This document shows, piece after piece, positions 1 to 10,628 of a stretch of DNA of 64,000 nucleotides. The position numbers and the translations under genes are program-made. Every line of letters begins with the position of its first letter. Position 1 is the stretch's first letter. This DNA is from Rhizodiscina lignyota (Eukaryota). The stretch lies in NCBI GenBank assembly GCA_010015805.1, contig ML978128.1, forward strand, positions 1,736,001-1,800,000. Direction: 5' to 3'. Below the pieces are notes generated by a model. That model was not told the DNA's origin. It saw nothing but the letters and a program-made list of their open reading frames with translations, and made no database searches.

Positions 1-3000
1 CGTTTGAGATGAAGATGAATGACAAAGGCGTCTTATGACTCCTCGGAGAATGGCCCTGATGGGAGAGGCATTGCCAAGATCGACATAAATGTTTCAGTCT
101 CATAAAAAGTGGTGGTCGAACCCAATCCACCGACCCGGTAAACGGTCGGTTAAAACGGTCGATCGTGAAACAACCTCGTCACACATGATCAGCGCAAACA
201 AAACATTTTCAGAAGGATGCCCGAAACAAGGCCGTGAAAATGAGCACAGTTTGTGACTTGAGGATCTATCGAGCCCCTTTTGCACAAGTTTCCGTTTGAC
301 GAGCGCGGAGCAGACTGCAAACGACCATATCATAACACACTAAGCACACATGGCGGTCCAGTCGACCGACTTTAATGGCGGCAACATAAACAAATCTCCG
401 AGTAGATGGTGATGAATGCAGGTTGAAATGCAGGAAGCCGTGCTGGCGGGAGGAAGCGTTCGCGTGCCATGTTGGATAATTGTTGCTGTGCTGATAATGA
501 TGATGAGATATGTAGCACACATTCTTCATCGAAATGATGCATTTCGGCAATAAGCACTCATTTGGGATAAGGTAACAAATAACAGATACCCATGAGAAAG
601 CGATGGCAAAATGTGCCCGCGATTAGGCATCGAATGATGACCTTCGTTTCGCTAAGCGCCTTATATCCGCCGTTTCAGAAAACAGAGTTCTCACGCCAGC
701 GGCGAACCAAGGTGCGCCGCTTCACCGTCGCATTAGAGTTCTGACATGAGCTGTTTGTTCGATCTCTTTTCAGATCCGGAGAGGAATGCGAGAGAACCTG
801 GTTACGACTGGGGTGGCCTGATGACGAAACAAGGAACAGGGAAGAGAGAAACGGTTCGCGAAGGGGGAACTCGAAGCTGAGTAGTACAGAGGTGAAGCGA
901 AACAAGGACGCGAGAGAGTTTGTGTTCCTACGTTGGAGCTGCTTTCCGCATGATGCCATGCAGAGTCAAACTGGTTGAGTTTAGGCGAGTGGTGCAGCTT
1001 CGTTGATCGACGCCTTGCAGAGAGCTGTTATTCCTTGGTTCACCCCGCAGTGCTTCCTGGAGATGGAGAAGTTAGGTTTCAACGATAGATGGAGGTGGGT
1101 CCACTGGTCATGAGTGCAGCCGAGTTGGGTCAGCTCGTGGCAGCGTTCCTTGAAGGTTTGCCAGACACTTGGCTGAGAATGCGCAACCCACCGTGAAGGC
1201 TAGACTTGAAGTGAAGACACAGTAAACCGAAGTCTCGATTGAGAAAGGAAAGACCAAGTTTCATGATGGTGAACGAGGCGAAGGTCTCAGTTCACAACGT
1301 ACTGCAAGCAGCAACGGCACAGCGGATTCGGCATGATTCCAAGCTGCGTGTGCAGCGTCGGCTAGCGAAACCCTTTCCGCGTCCAGGCTTGCAGGGTCGG
1401 CAAACGTTTCAAGCAGAATGATCTGGCCACAAGGCGTTGAAGGATGTTTACGAACAAAGGACCAACGAAGATTGTGAATTGTGCAAACTCTGGCAGATGC
1501 AAAAACGGACCGTTTGGAACGCCACTCCTTTTACTCGCCGTCGGCCCGTCGTTGGCCTTCCCACTAGCGGTACATACCGTAGGAAGCAGGCGGCGGTTTT
1601 GGAGTGGGACCGAAGGTGTTCAGTGCGTGCGGCAGGCCGACGCGTCCACCAGGGAGCTTTGCGAGAAATTCGAAATCATGCGTAAGACGGCGGTTTGTTG
1701 AGCGTCAGGAGGAAATTCAAATCCGCCGTTTGCAGTCCACCTGGAATTTGGAAGTCATGACAGGTGACGCGTGGAACCCACGAGGGAATTGCGCTGCTGG
1801 GCAACGACTGGAGCGCGCATGAACAGCACATGACAGCAGACGGCCAGGCATGTCAAGTCAAACGGGTCTCGTACGGGACGTCTTGTCCTTTGCTTGGACG
1901 CTCTTGGATGTGCTCATGAAGCGAAGGGAATACGGAGGTTGCACAACGACGCCTACACGTGAGACTGTACGACGCGGCTGTGCACCGATGGGACAGTGGA
2001 AATGTGATTCGATTCACACGCAATTTGACGAGTTTCTGTGTAGCTAAGGAGAAACCATCACCACCCGAAAGCGGCGAGGCGTCGAGGCACAAGCTGGAAT
2101 GGCGGTTTTGACATGAACGACTTGCGGACGTGGATGGAAGCAGCTGCACCCGAAGGGGTAATCGTGACAGAAGACAAAGAAGCTGTGGGTGGATGCCCTT
2201 TGTTGGTATGCTCAGCAGCTCGAGTGCTGAGACGTGGGCGCGCCGGTGATCTCACACAACATCGGCCAGCTCGAGGCGCTTCACGCTCTCGTTCGCCCTC
2301 GGCGCTCGCCACAGCGCCAGGGAGTGACTGCACAGCTGCGGCTCGAGTGGCTCTGCCCGCTCTGCATCGGCGAACAAGCACCGACGTGGACAGGGCCTGC
2401 ATTAGCGTGCCGGGAGGCTCGGGTACCTGACAGCACCCGGCGTGTTTGGTAGGCCTGGGTGAATAAGAGTGGGGCGCGAGGATTGCGCTAGGCTGCCTGT
2501 GCCACGGCCCCTGAAGCTTTTGCACGCTTCGAGATGGGCGTTTGTTTGACACACGCCCACGGCCAATCAGCGCGGCGCACGGGGCCCAGGCAGCGGTGGG
2601 AAGGCGCACGGACGTAGTTTAATTTCACAGCGCAGGCCGATCTCCATCACCGTCTGGGGTCAACAGGGAGGCGCCCATCTGCTCGCCCAAACCTCCACAC
2701 CCTAAAAATGCATTGTGAGGATTGCAAACAAGGGGCCACCCAGGCCTTGTTCAGACAAAGAATGGAGCGAGCGAGGCCTTTGTTGTGCTGCCTCAATTGC
2801 TTTATTAACTCCCGGTGTCGGCGCCGCAGTGCCACGGGCGTGTTAAAGTCACTTTAAGATTTTGGATTTGGCAGGAACGAGCCGAACAACACAGCTTCGG
2901 GCAATCTCCTGCTCAGCCCTGAAACGCTAGTAACTAATTTCCGGGAAACGCACGCCCACTCTCCCCAAGATCCCTGCACGTCGCCATCTACAAAACCAAC

Positions 3001-3141
3001 CTCGCCCTCGCTTCTTCTCTCCTTCTTCCTTCTCCACCACCACGCTCTCTTCAACCACCTTCCTTCGTTGCGGTCTCCAGAGACTCGTCGCTCTTTTCAG
3101 TCACTCATTTGACATTCGCGCCCTGGTTTCACGGTTGCAGC

Positions 3142-3351
3142 GTAAGTGGAACCCGCTCTTGCCCTTCTTGCACCACATCGCACGGGGTGTTCGTTCCAGT
3201 GAACACCCCCAACGCGCTGTACCTCCACAAACCCCACACCACTCGAAGCATATATCATCCACGCTCTTCTCCATTGTTCTGCGATCAAACTCGACTCGCA
3301 ATTCGTTCTCTTCTGAAAACCACGTTCGCTAACAGCTTTCCTTCTCTTCAG
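3142..3351 (+). other. Probable 5'-UTR intron of the PR-1-like gene
   Basis: GTAAGT donor at 3142, GCTAAC branch site at 3328-3333, pyrimidine tract and CAG at 3349-3351 (alternative CAG at 3333-3335). Confidence 0.6.
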
Positions 3352-3437
3352 TTTTGATCGGTGATCTGGTATCCCGCGTTCACACGTCACGCCAAGTCAA
3401 CAATCAACAAACAAAACCAAGAAACACTCAAGTCAAA

Positions 3438-4429
3438 ATGCGCTACTCTCTGTTGGCCGGCGCCCTCATCGCGGGCGTCTCCGCTTCCCCTGTGGTCGCT
3501 CCTCGCGACGTGGTCACCGTCATGGAGTACGCCACTCAGGTCGTCACCGTCACTGCTGGCCCTACTCCGGCTCCAACCGTCTCTGAGGTCTCCGTCGCTG
3601 CTGTGCCGAGCTCCACCAAGTGGTGGCACTGGCACTGGAGCTCCAGCTCCAGCTCCAAGGAGACTCCTGCTCCTGCTCCGGCTACCACTGCGGCTCCTAA
3701 GCCCAAGACCACCACCACTGCCAAGCCCAAGCCCAAGACCACCACCACTGCCAAGGCTGCTGCTTCCACTCCGTCTTCCTCTGGCAAGCCCTCTTACTCC
3801 GAGATCGTGGTTATGCACCACAACATTCACCGTGCCAACCACTCTGCCGACAACATGGAGTGGGACCAGTCCCTCGCTGACACTGCTCTTGCCATTGCTC
3901 AGTCCTGCAACTATGCTCACAACGTGTAAGTCTTCTTGTTTTCCCCCTGCGTGTGAAATTTGACGTGCTCTTCTAGCGACATGAACGGTGGTGGTTATGG
4001 CCAGAACATCGCTGCCGGTGCTCCGTCTGACAACATCTCTTCCATCATCACCGACCACTTCTACAACGATGAGGCTCCGTACTTCATTCCCTTCTACAAC
4101 CAGGCCACTCCATCCGACATGTCTGACGCCATGTTCGACAAGTACGGTCACTTCACCCAGATCGTGTGGAAGGGCTCCAACAAGGTCGGCTGTGCCACTT
4201 ATGACTGCTCCGGTCATGGCAATGGTCCCAACGGTCTCGGCAGCGTCGCTGCCAACGTTCCTCCATACTTCACCGTGTGCAACTACGGCCCACCTGGTAA
4301 GTCACTTCCACCATCCTGTCGCTCTTGACACATTCTGACTGACATTCAGGCAACTATCTCGGCGAGTTCAACACCAATGTCTCCCCTGGTGAGGGCAAGC
4401 CTGAGGTCAACTGGTCCTGGGGCATGTAA
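3438..4429 (+). CDS. Secreted CAP/SCP (PR-1-like) protein with Ser/Thr/Pro-rich linker; 3 exons (introns 3926-3976, 4297-4349)
   Basis: Signal peptide MRYSLLAGALIAGVSA; CAP motifs HNIHRANH, YGQNIA, YGHFTQIVW, VGCA, FTVCNYGPPGN after splicing; GTAAGT donors with TGAC/CTGAC branch sites. Confidence 0.95.
3699..3755 (+). repeat. Coding tandem repeat (30-nt period) encoding KPKTTTTA twice in the PR-1 linker
   Basis: aagcccaagaccaccaccactgccaag occurs twice, 30 nt apart. Confidence 0.85.
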
Positions 4430-4652
4430 ACTCCTTTACGCGCATGCAGCTCTGAACTCACGGCTGTTATGACATGATCCTTTTTCTCTTTCTGGTTTTT
4501 GCTTTGCATTTTCGGCGATTTCACACGTGCTGGACTGGCCTCATCACCCTCAAAATGGGAACTCTTTGATTGCATCTAGCGACTCAGGCATGTGGGGAAC
4601 ACGGTCAAGGACCTTCGAGCGGTCAGACCATATAACTTTTTCAATGTCTACT

Positions 4653-4820
4653 GTATCGGCACTCGCTGGCAGGATCTGCATTCCTGACCCTATTGAATCG
4701 GTCTCTTCGGAGCTCTCGTACTAGGGCGCCTGTAGTTTCCTGCCTTCTCTAATGGATCGGTCTCCTACTTTGTAGGGGTTCTCGTACTAGAGCGACAGCG
4801 TAGTTAGCAAAGATCGATAC
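4653..4820 (+). ncRNA. Candidate structured cis-regulatory RNA element (three-way junction, twin stem-loops) downstream of the PR-1 stop codon
   Basis: Nested complementary segments; duplicated motif with compensatory changes CCCTA/TAGGG versus CTCTA/TAGAG. Confidence 0.55.
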
Positions 4821-5389
4821 TTTTCTCTTCTTGTCTTATAGCTTCAACAACCAACGGGGAAGGTTTGAAGAACATTCGCTTCTACAAAATACTGTGCCTG
4901 TGACAATGATGATGCCTCGACTTCTCGCGATATGTATACTTGAGCGGCTATGGTGAGTCTCGCTTCCGTGATACTTGCAGCGTCTCGCAGCTGCACCAGG
5001 ATGCTTGCAGTCGTTCATGCGCAACGCATCCCAACCATGGACCGACGTTCAATTAAGCTTGAGACGTAAAGCCCTAACGGGCCAGATCTCCAAGGGCTGG
5101 AATTGAGAAACGCTCTCTGGAATTCGGCGGTCGTCAGAACCGTCTCTGGCTGCCCAATAACGGCTGACCTCTCCCACTCTCTACCGCGCCTCTGGATCGC
5201 CAACCGCACGAGCCGCATTACTGTACGGAGGTACCTCCACCCTGCTCACCGAGCTATCGCGACTGCGTCATTGTAACCTCGTGACGACTTTGCTATCTCC
5301 ACTCTCCTTGCATGCCAGAGCAAGCTCACAAGTCTTCTTTCCTTTCCGACTACCTCGGAGAGCGATCCACCATGAGCAGCTGAGCCTGT

Positions 5390-5800
5390 ATGCTGCGCCG
5401 CCAGCCTTTCGCACCAGCGCGTCACCCGGGCCCAAGCTTCATCTCGACCTCGCATCCGCCACGCCTCCACACATTCCTCGGGTCCTCATCGCACAGCTAC
5501 AGCCACCCTCTTCGTCCTCTATACACCCCGCGCCAAGCTCTACAAGCTCTATCCTCGAACCTGTCGTTCTCCTTCCACCGCTCCGTCCTCAAGATGGACG
5601 TCCGCCCACTCACTGGCCCCTCCGCCAGCCCCTCTGGCGGCGGCACCCCCGAAACCGACAAGCTGCACCTCACAAACCAGCTCAGCAAGAGCCGGAGCCC
5701 GTACGTGCGCGGCCACATGACCAACCCGGTCGCCTGGCAGATGTGGACGCCCGAGTCGCTCGCGCTCGCGAAGCAGTCGCAGCGCCTCATCTTCGTGTCG

Positions 5801-5832
<32 letters not shown>

Positions 5833-7907
5833 GATGGAGCGCGAGAGCTTCGCGAACCGCGAGGTCGCCGCGCTGCTGAACGCCAACTTCATACCCATCA
5901 AGATTGACAGGGAGGAGCGGCCAGACATCGACCGCATCTACATGAACTATGTGCAGGCGACGACGGGCGGCGGAGGCTGGCCGCTGAACGTCTTCCTCAC
6001 CCCGGATCTCGAGCCGCTGTTTGGAGGCACGTATTGGCCGGGCCCCGGCACGACGGCGAACTATGGCGGGGGCGTGAGCGGCTTCCAGCAGATCCTCGAG
6101 AAGATGGCGGATGTGTGGAAGAATCAGCGGCAGAGGTGCCTGGTCAGCGCGAAGGAGATTACGGGGCAACTGAGGGAGTTTGCGCAGGAGGGATTGATCA
6201 GTCGGCAGGGAGAGGGCGAAGGGGACGGGCTGGATTTGGAGAGCGTCGAGGAGGCCTACTCACATTTCGAGGCCAAGTTCGATAAGGTCAATGCGGGCTT
6301 TGGCAGCGCGCCGAAGTTCCCGACGCCGGTGAACTTGAGATTCTTGCTGCGATTGGGCGTATGGCCGCAGGAGGTGCGCGATGTGGTTGGCGAGGCGGAG
6401 TGTATGAACGCGAGACAGATGGCTGTTGAGACGTTGCGAGCAATGTGGAGAGGAGGTATAAAAGATCAGATTGGCTATGGCATTGCGAGGTATAGTGTCA
6501 CGAAGAATTGGAGCTTGCCGCACTTTGAGAAGATGCTGTACGATCAGGCGCAATTGCTCGATGCGTATACGGACGCATGGCTGTTGACAGGAGACAAGGA
6601 GATGAAAGCTGCCATCGAGGATGTGGCGACATATCTCACGACTGCGCCGATGTACAGCAAGGAAGGTGGCTTCTTCTCCAGCGAAGACGCAGACTCGAAA
6701 TACCGCGCCTCGGATCCGGAGAAGCGAGAAGGCGCGTTCTACGTCTGGACGTACAAGGAGTTTCAATCTCTCCTCGGCGACCCCGATGCTGGTGTCGCGG
6801 CGAAGTACTGGAACGTCAAAGAGAATGGCAATGTCCCATTCGAGCACGACGCGCACGACGAGCTTATTAACCAGAACGTGCTAGCAGTCAGCAGCACACC
6901 CGAGGCGCTGGCGAAGGAGTTTGGCCTCACGGTCGATGAGGTAGAGAGGATTCTCAAGGAGGCGAGGGAGAAGCTTAGAGCGCATAGGGAGAAAGAGCGG
7001 CCGAGGCCGGATCTGGATGATAAGATTGTGGTGGCGTGGAATGGGCTTGCTATTGGAGCGCTGGCGAGGGCAAGTGCGGCGCTGGGAGAGGTTGAGCCAG
7101 AGAAGGCAAAGGCCTGGAAAAGTGCTGCGATTGGTGCCGCGGAGTTCATCAAGAGGGAGCTGTGGGATGAGCAGGAGAAGAGGCTGTGGAGGGTGTGGAG
7201 AGAAGGCAGAGGAGAAGTACTCGCGTTTGCGGATGATTACGCATTCCTGATTCAGGGTCTAATGGATCTGTACGAGGCGACATGGGATGATGCGTGGCTA
7301 CAGTGGGCAGATGACCTGCAAAGTAAGTCTAATCTTCGAACCGACGTGGTTGGTTTAACACAGCCCAGAAACGCAGATTGCCCTCTTCAACGACAAGACG
7401 ACGCCTCTACAAGGCGGTTTCTTCTCAACCGTATCAGGCTCGCCAGATCTCATCTTAAGGCTGAAAGACGGCATGGACAACGCCGAGCCGTCGTCGAACG
7501 GCATCTCCGCCAGGAACTTGAATCGTCTCGCGTCCATCCTCGAAGACGAGTCGTACGCCCAAGCAGCAAGTTTGACCGTCGACGCCTTCGAGGCGGAGGT
7601 TATGCAGCATCCCTTTCTCTTTACGAGTCTGCTGAGCAGTGTTGTTGCGGCCAGGCTCGGCACGCGCAATATCCAAGTCATCGGAGGCGGAGAAGAAGCA
7701 GAGCAGATAGTCAAGGAGCTGCGCAAGAGAGTCAGGGCGAATGCTACGGTTGTGAGGATAGGCGAGGGAGGGAAGAGCGAGTGGTTGAAGAAGAGAAACA
7801 CGCTGCTTGCAAGTCTGGATGCGAGTGGGACGGCGAAGGTGATGCTTTGTGAGAAGGGCGCTTGCAGGGAGCTGGCGGGAGGAGAGTTGGACGGTTTGAT
7901 AAAGTGA
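5390..7907 (+). CDS. SPATA20/SSP411/YyaL-family protein (thioredoxin-like domain plus six-hairpin glycosidase-like fold); intron 7323-7368; alternative start at 5594
   Basis: N-terminal SRSPYVRGHMTNPVAW, IGYAACHWCHVMERESF, KIDREERPDID, GGGGWPLNVF, PHFEKMLYDQ, DDKIVVAWNG, DNAEPS motifs. Confidence 0.95.
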
Positions 7908-8061
7908 TGATTCATGCGTGATGATTTTCCTTCTTCCTCTGAATGCATGTTGGGCGTATTACGATGGTTATTGCATGTCATGTGAAGCGTCTCTGGGGGA
8001 TTATAGACTTGGTATACAGAGGTTGGGACACGGCCTTTGCAAATTTTGAATTTGCAGTAAA

Positions 8062-9904
8062 TCAAAGTCTAGCTTGAACTATGCCTCTATCTACCTTTTC
8101 GCCGTGCAGACCAGTTGATAAAAATCGACGGAAATACCGCTCTATCTCCCCAAGCGTACTTGAGCCAAGTGTGGTTGCTGTGCCTACCCAACCGTCTGGC
8201 CTGAGCACGAATACAGCTCCTTTGCTCGATTCCACGCCGAATCTCGAATGCGCAGCGAGCTGCTGATCATAGAAGACCTTTCCGTATGGCATCGCTCCCA
8301 GCACTTCTACGGCCGATGGGCCGGATCGAGTAGATATTGTAAGCCATGATATTGGCAACGACGCATTAGAGAAGAACGATGACTTCTCGATTTCCAGGAA
8401 GAGCTGGGCTAGCACACCACCAGTGTGACTCGGGTCTCCTGCGAATACCGCGACGTGGAAGCGGCCTGTATTAGGTGTTTCTCTATGGAGCCTCGTAGCC
8501 TCGAATGTACCCGGTTTCTGGAGCGCAGCATCAGGTACTCTCTTCCCAGCAACGACGGCATTAGCGCTTGCTGCTGGGGCGAAGGAACCTTGGATGCTCA
8601 ACACGTTGTCAGCTTCGTAGTAGATGCCCAGTCCACTGCTGAAAGTCGCTGCTTCGGCCATGACTACACCCAGGACGACATTTGGATCAGCGTTCGGATC
8701 GCCAGTCCAGCCTTCGGGCAATTGCATTGTCATGAGTCGAGAGATGTCCTTGTCGTAATTGATGAGCTTCTGCACGTTCGGTTTCCGCTCGCTCTCGTAT
8801 GTGTATAGTAGCTCTGGCTTCGCCAGCCCTCGGAGCACAAGAGAGAGCTTCCATCCCAAGTTCACCGAGTCGTGGAGGCCGGTATTCATTCCCTGTGCGG
8901 CTCCCGAGCTATGAGTATGACAAGCGTCTCCAGCGAGGAACACGCTGTCTTTGACGAAGAAATTGCGTGCGATGCGCTGTCCGACTACGTAGATCGTCCA
9001 CCAATCTACTTGTTTGAACTTCAATGAAAACGGCTTCACCGAAGCAATAGCCTCTTTCACCGCTGCTTCCTCGTTGAAGACCTTATACGCCCTCTCGCGC
9101 TCTTTTGTGAATGCAAAGCCTATCCGCGTCCCTCCATGATCTAACGCCGCCCATAGCACGTTCCCGTGAGTAGGAGACTCAATGGCACAGTATGATCGGG
9201 GTTTTGGAAGATCCGTATCGATGACACCATCGATTCGAACCCACTTGTCCTCTGAGGAGCTTCCATCAAATGGGATCTGAAGCGCTCTTCGCACAAAAGA
9301 GCGACCTCCGTCTGCGCCGATCAAGTACTTGCACTTGACTATCGACTTCTCTTTCGTGTTCCCGTCCTCCAATGTTGCAGTGACCCTGTATTCGCCAAAA
9401 CGCAAGCGTTCATCTACCTCTACTGCTACAAGGCCCATCGGCGACTCAAGCGCAACGCCCTTCTTCTTCAATTGCTCTCTGAATATCTCCTCTTGATACT
9501 TCTGCCTCAGCACCAACGAAAAGTCCCAGACTGTGTCCTTCATCTGCTCCATGAAGCTCCAACCGCGTCCTTGTACTTCGTTCCCATCCTTGTCGTACGA
9601 TACTGTGGTTCTGCAGGCGAAGCATTGTTGTGCAAGGAGGTCTGCGAGGCCTAGCTGGTCCAACATCTCAGACGAGCGAGGGAAGAGCGTGATGGCGCGG
9701 CCATATTGGTCTTGTGAAGATTTGGCGTACTGTTCGATTATGCGGATTTTGTGGGGTGGAGGGAGGGTCGTTGCTAGTTGGTAGGCGGTTATGAGGCCTG
9801 CAGCTTGATGAGAAACTCAACGTGATGAGATGACATGTCTGAAACGAACCAACTGGGCCTCCACCGACAATGAGGACATCAACATGATCTATCTTGTCGA
9901 CCAT
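8062..9904 (-). CDS. FAD-dependent monooxygenase, phenol-hydroxylase/PHBH-fold family; intron 9798-9849; C-terminal ARL (PTS1-like)
   Basis: DVLIVGGGPVG Rossmann motif, YLIGADGGRS (DG motif), VFLAGDACHTHSSGAAQGMNTG (GD motif), C-terminal VLRPDGWVG. Confidence 0.93.
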
Positions 9905-10628
9905 ACCGATCCGTGATCCACAATTGAACAATTGAACGAACGGACTTGTGACGAAGCTAAACAAACGACGTTCCACAAAACTTCAGGCTGGTCTGGAGCT
10001 ACAGCTGTAAGGAAAAGTAAAGAAATGCACCTAGACCTTCCTAACGGCATCTACACCGTACTTTAGAGGGATTTCTAACCTCATTGCCGACAAATTGTGA
10101 GCCGGAATCGCGGCACGGCTGCACATAGAGAGCACGGTAAATCGAATACCGCAAGGAATTTCTCGATCGGCTTAGCTTGTCGGGTTGTTGGACATGTATT
10201 TATGGGTTACTGATAAGATGTCACTGACGTGCAGTTGTTGTATGTAATGGCATGGGTCTGATATGGCCGGACGGGGAAAGCCGCGTTTGGAAAAGCAAGG
10301 GTTCGGATCTTCCGAATTCCAAACCTCTTGGAACTTCACTCATCTCCTGAGTAGATGATTAGCTACCGTCAGAATGTGCCTTATGAAGTGCTCATAATCA
10401 GAGAACTGCAAGAATTTGCTTGGCTCCATCTCTGGCCTTGATATTCCCGTCACACTTTGCCAATGATCCCTTTTTGGAATAGCTCAGCCTTGTGTTTCCA
10501 TGCGCCGTGAATATCTCTATCCCGGCTTTCTGCGCCTTGAACCTCAAGAATGCCGTCCATACGGCTCACTTTAAGCTCGCCGATGGACGTGGCATTATGT
10601 AGACTCAACTCTCTTACTTTCATTCTCT

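Noticed and set aside
2058..2609. 183-aa minus ORF and overlapping 105-aa plus ORF
   Set aside because: GC-rich promoter-like DNA gives long stop-free frames; Arg/Ala/Pro-rich translation with no recognisable motif or splice support
3387..4217. 276-aa minus-strand ORF rich in Gly/Ser/Val
   Set aside because: Antisense shadow of the strongly codon-biased PR-1 gene; no independent domain signal
5281..6856. Several ~200-aa alternative-frame and antisense ORFs
   Set aside because: Overlap the GC-rich SPATA20-like CDS; explained by codon bias
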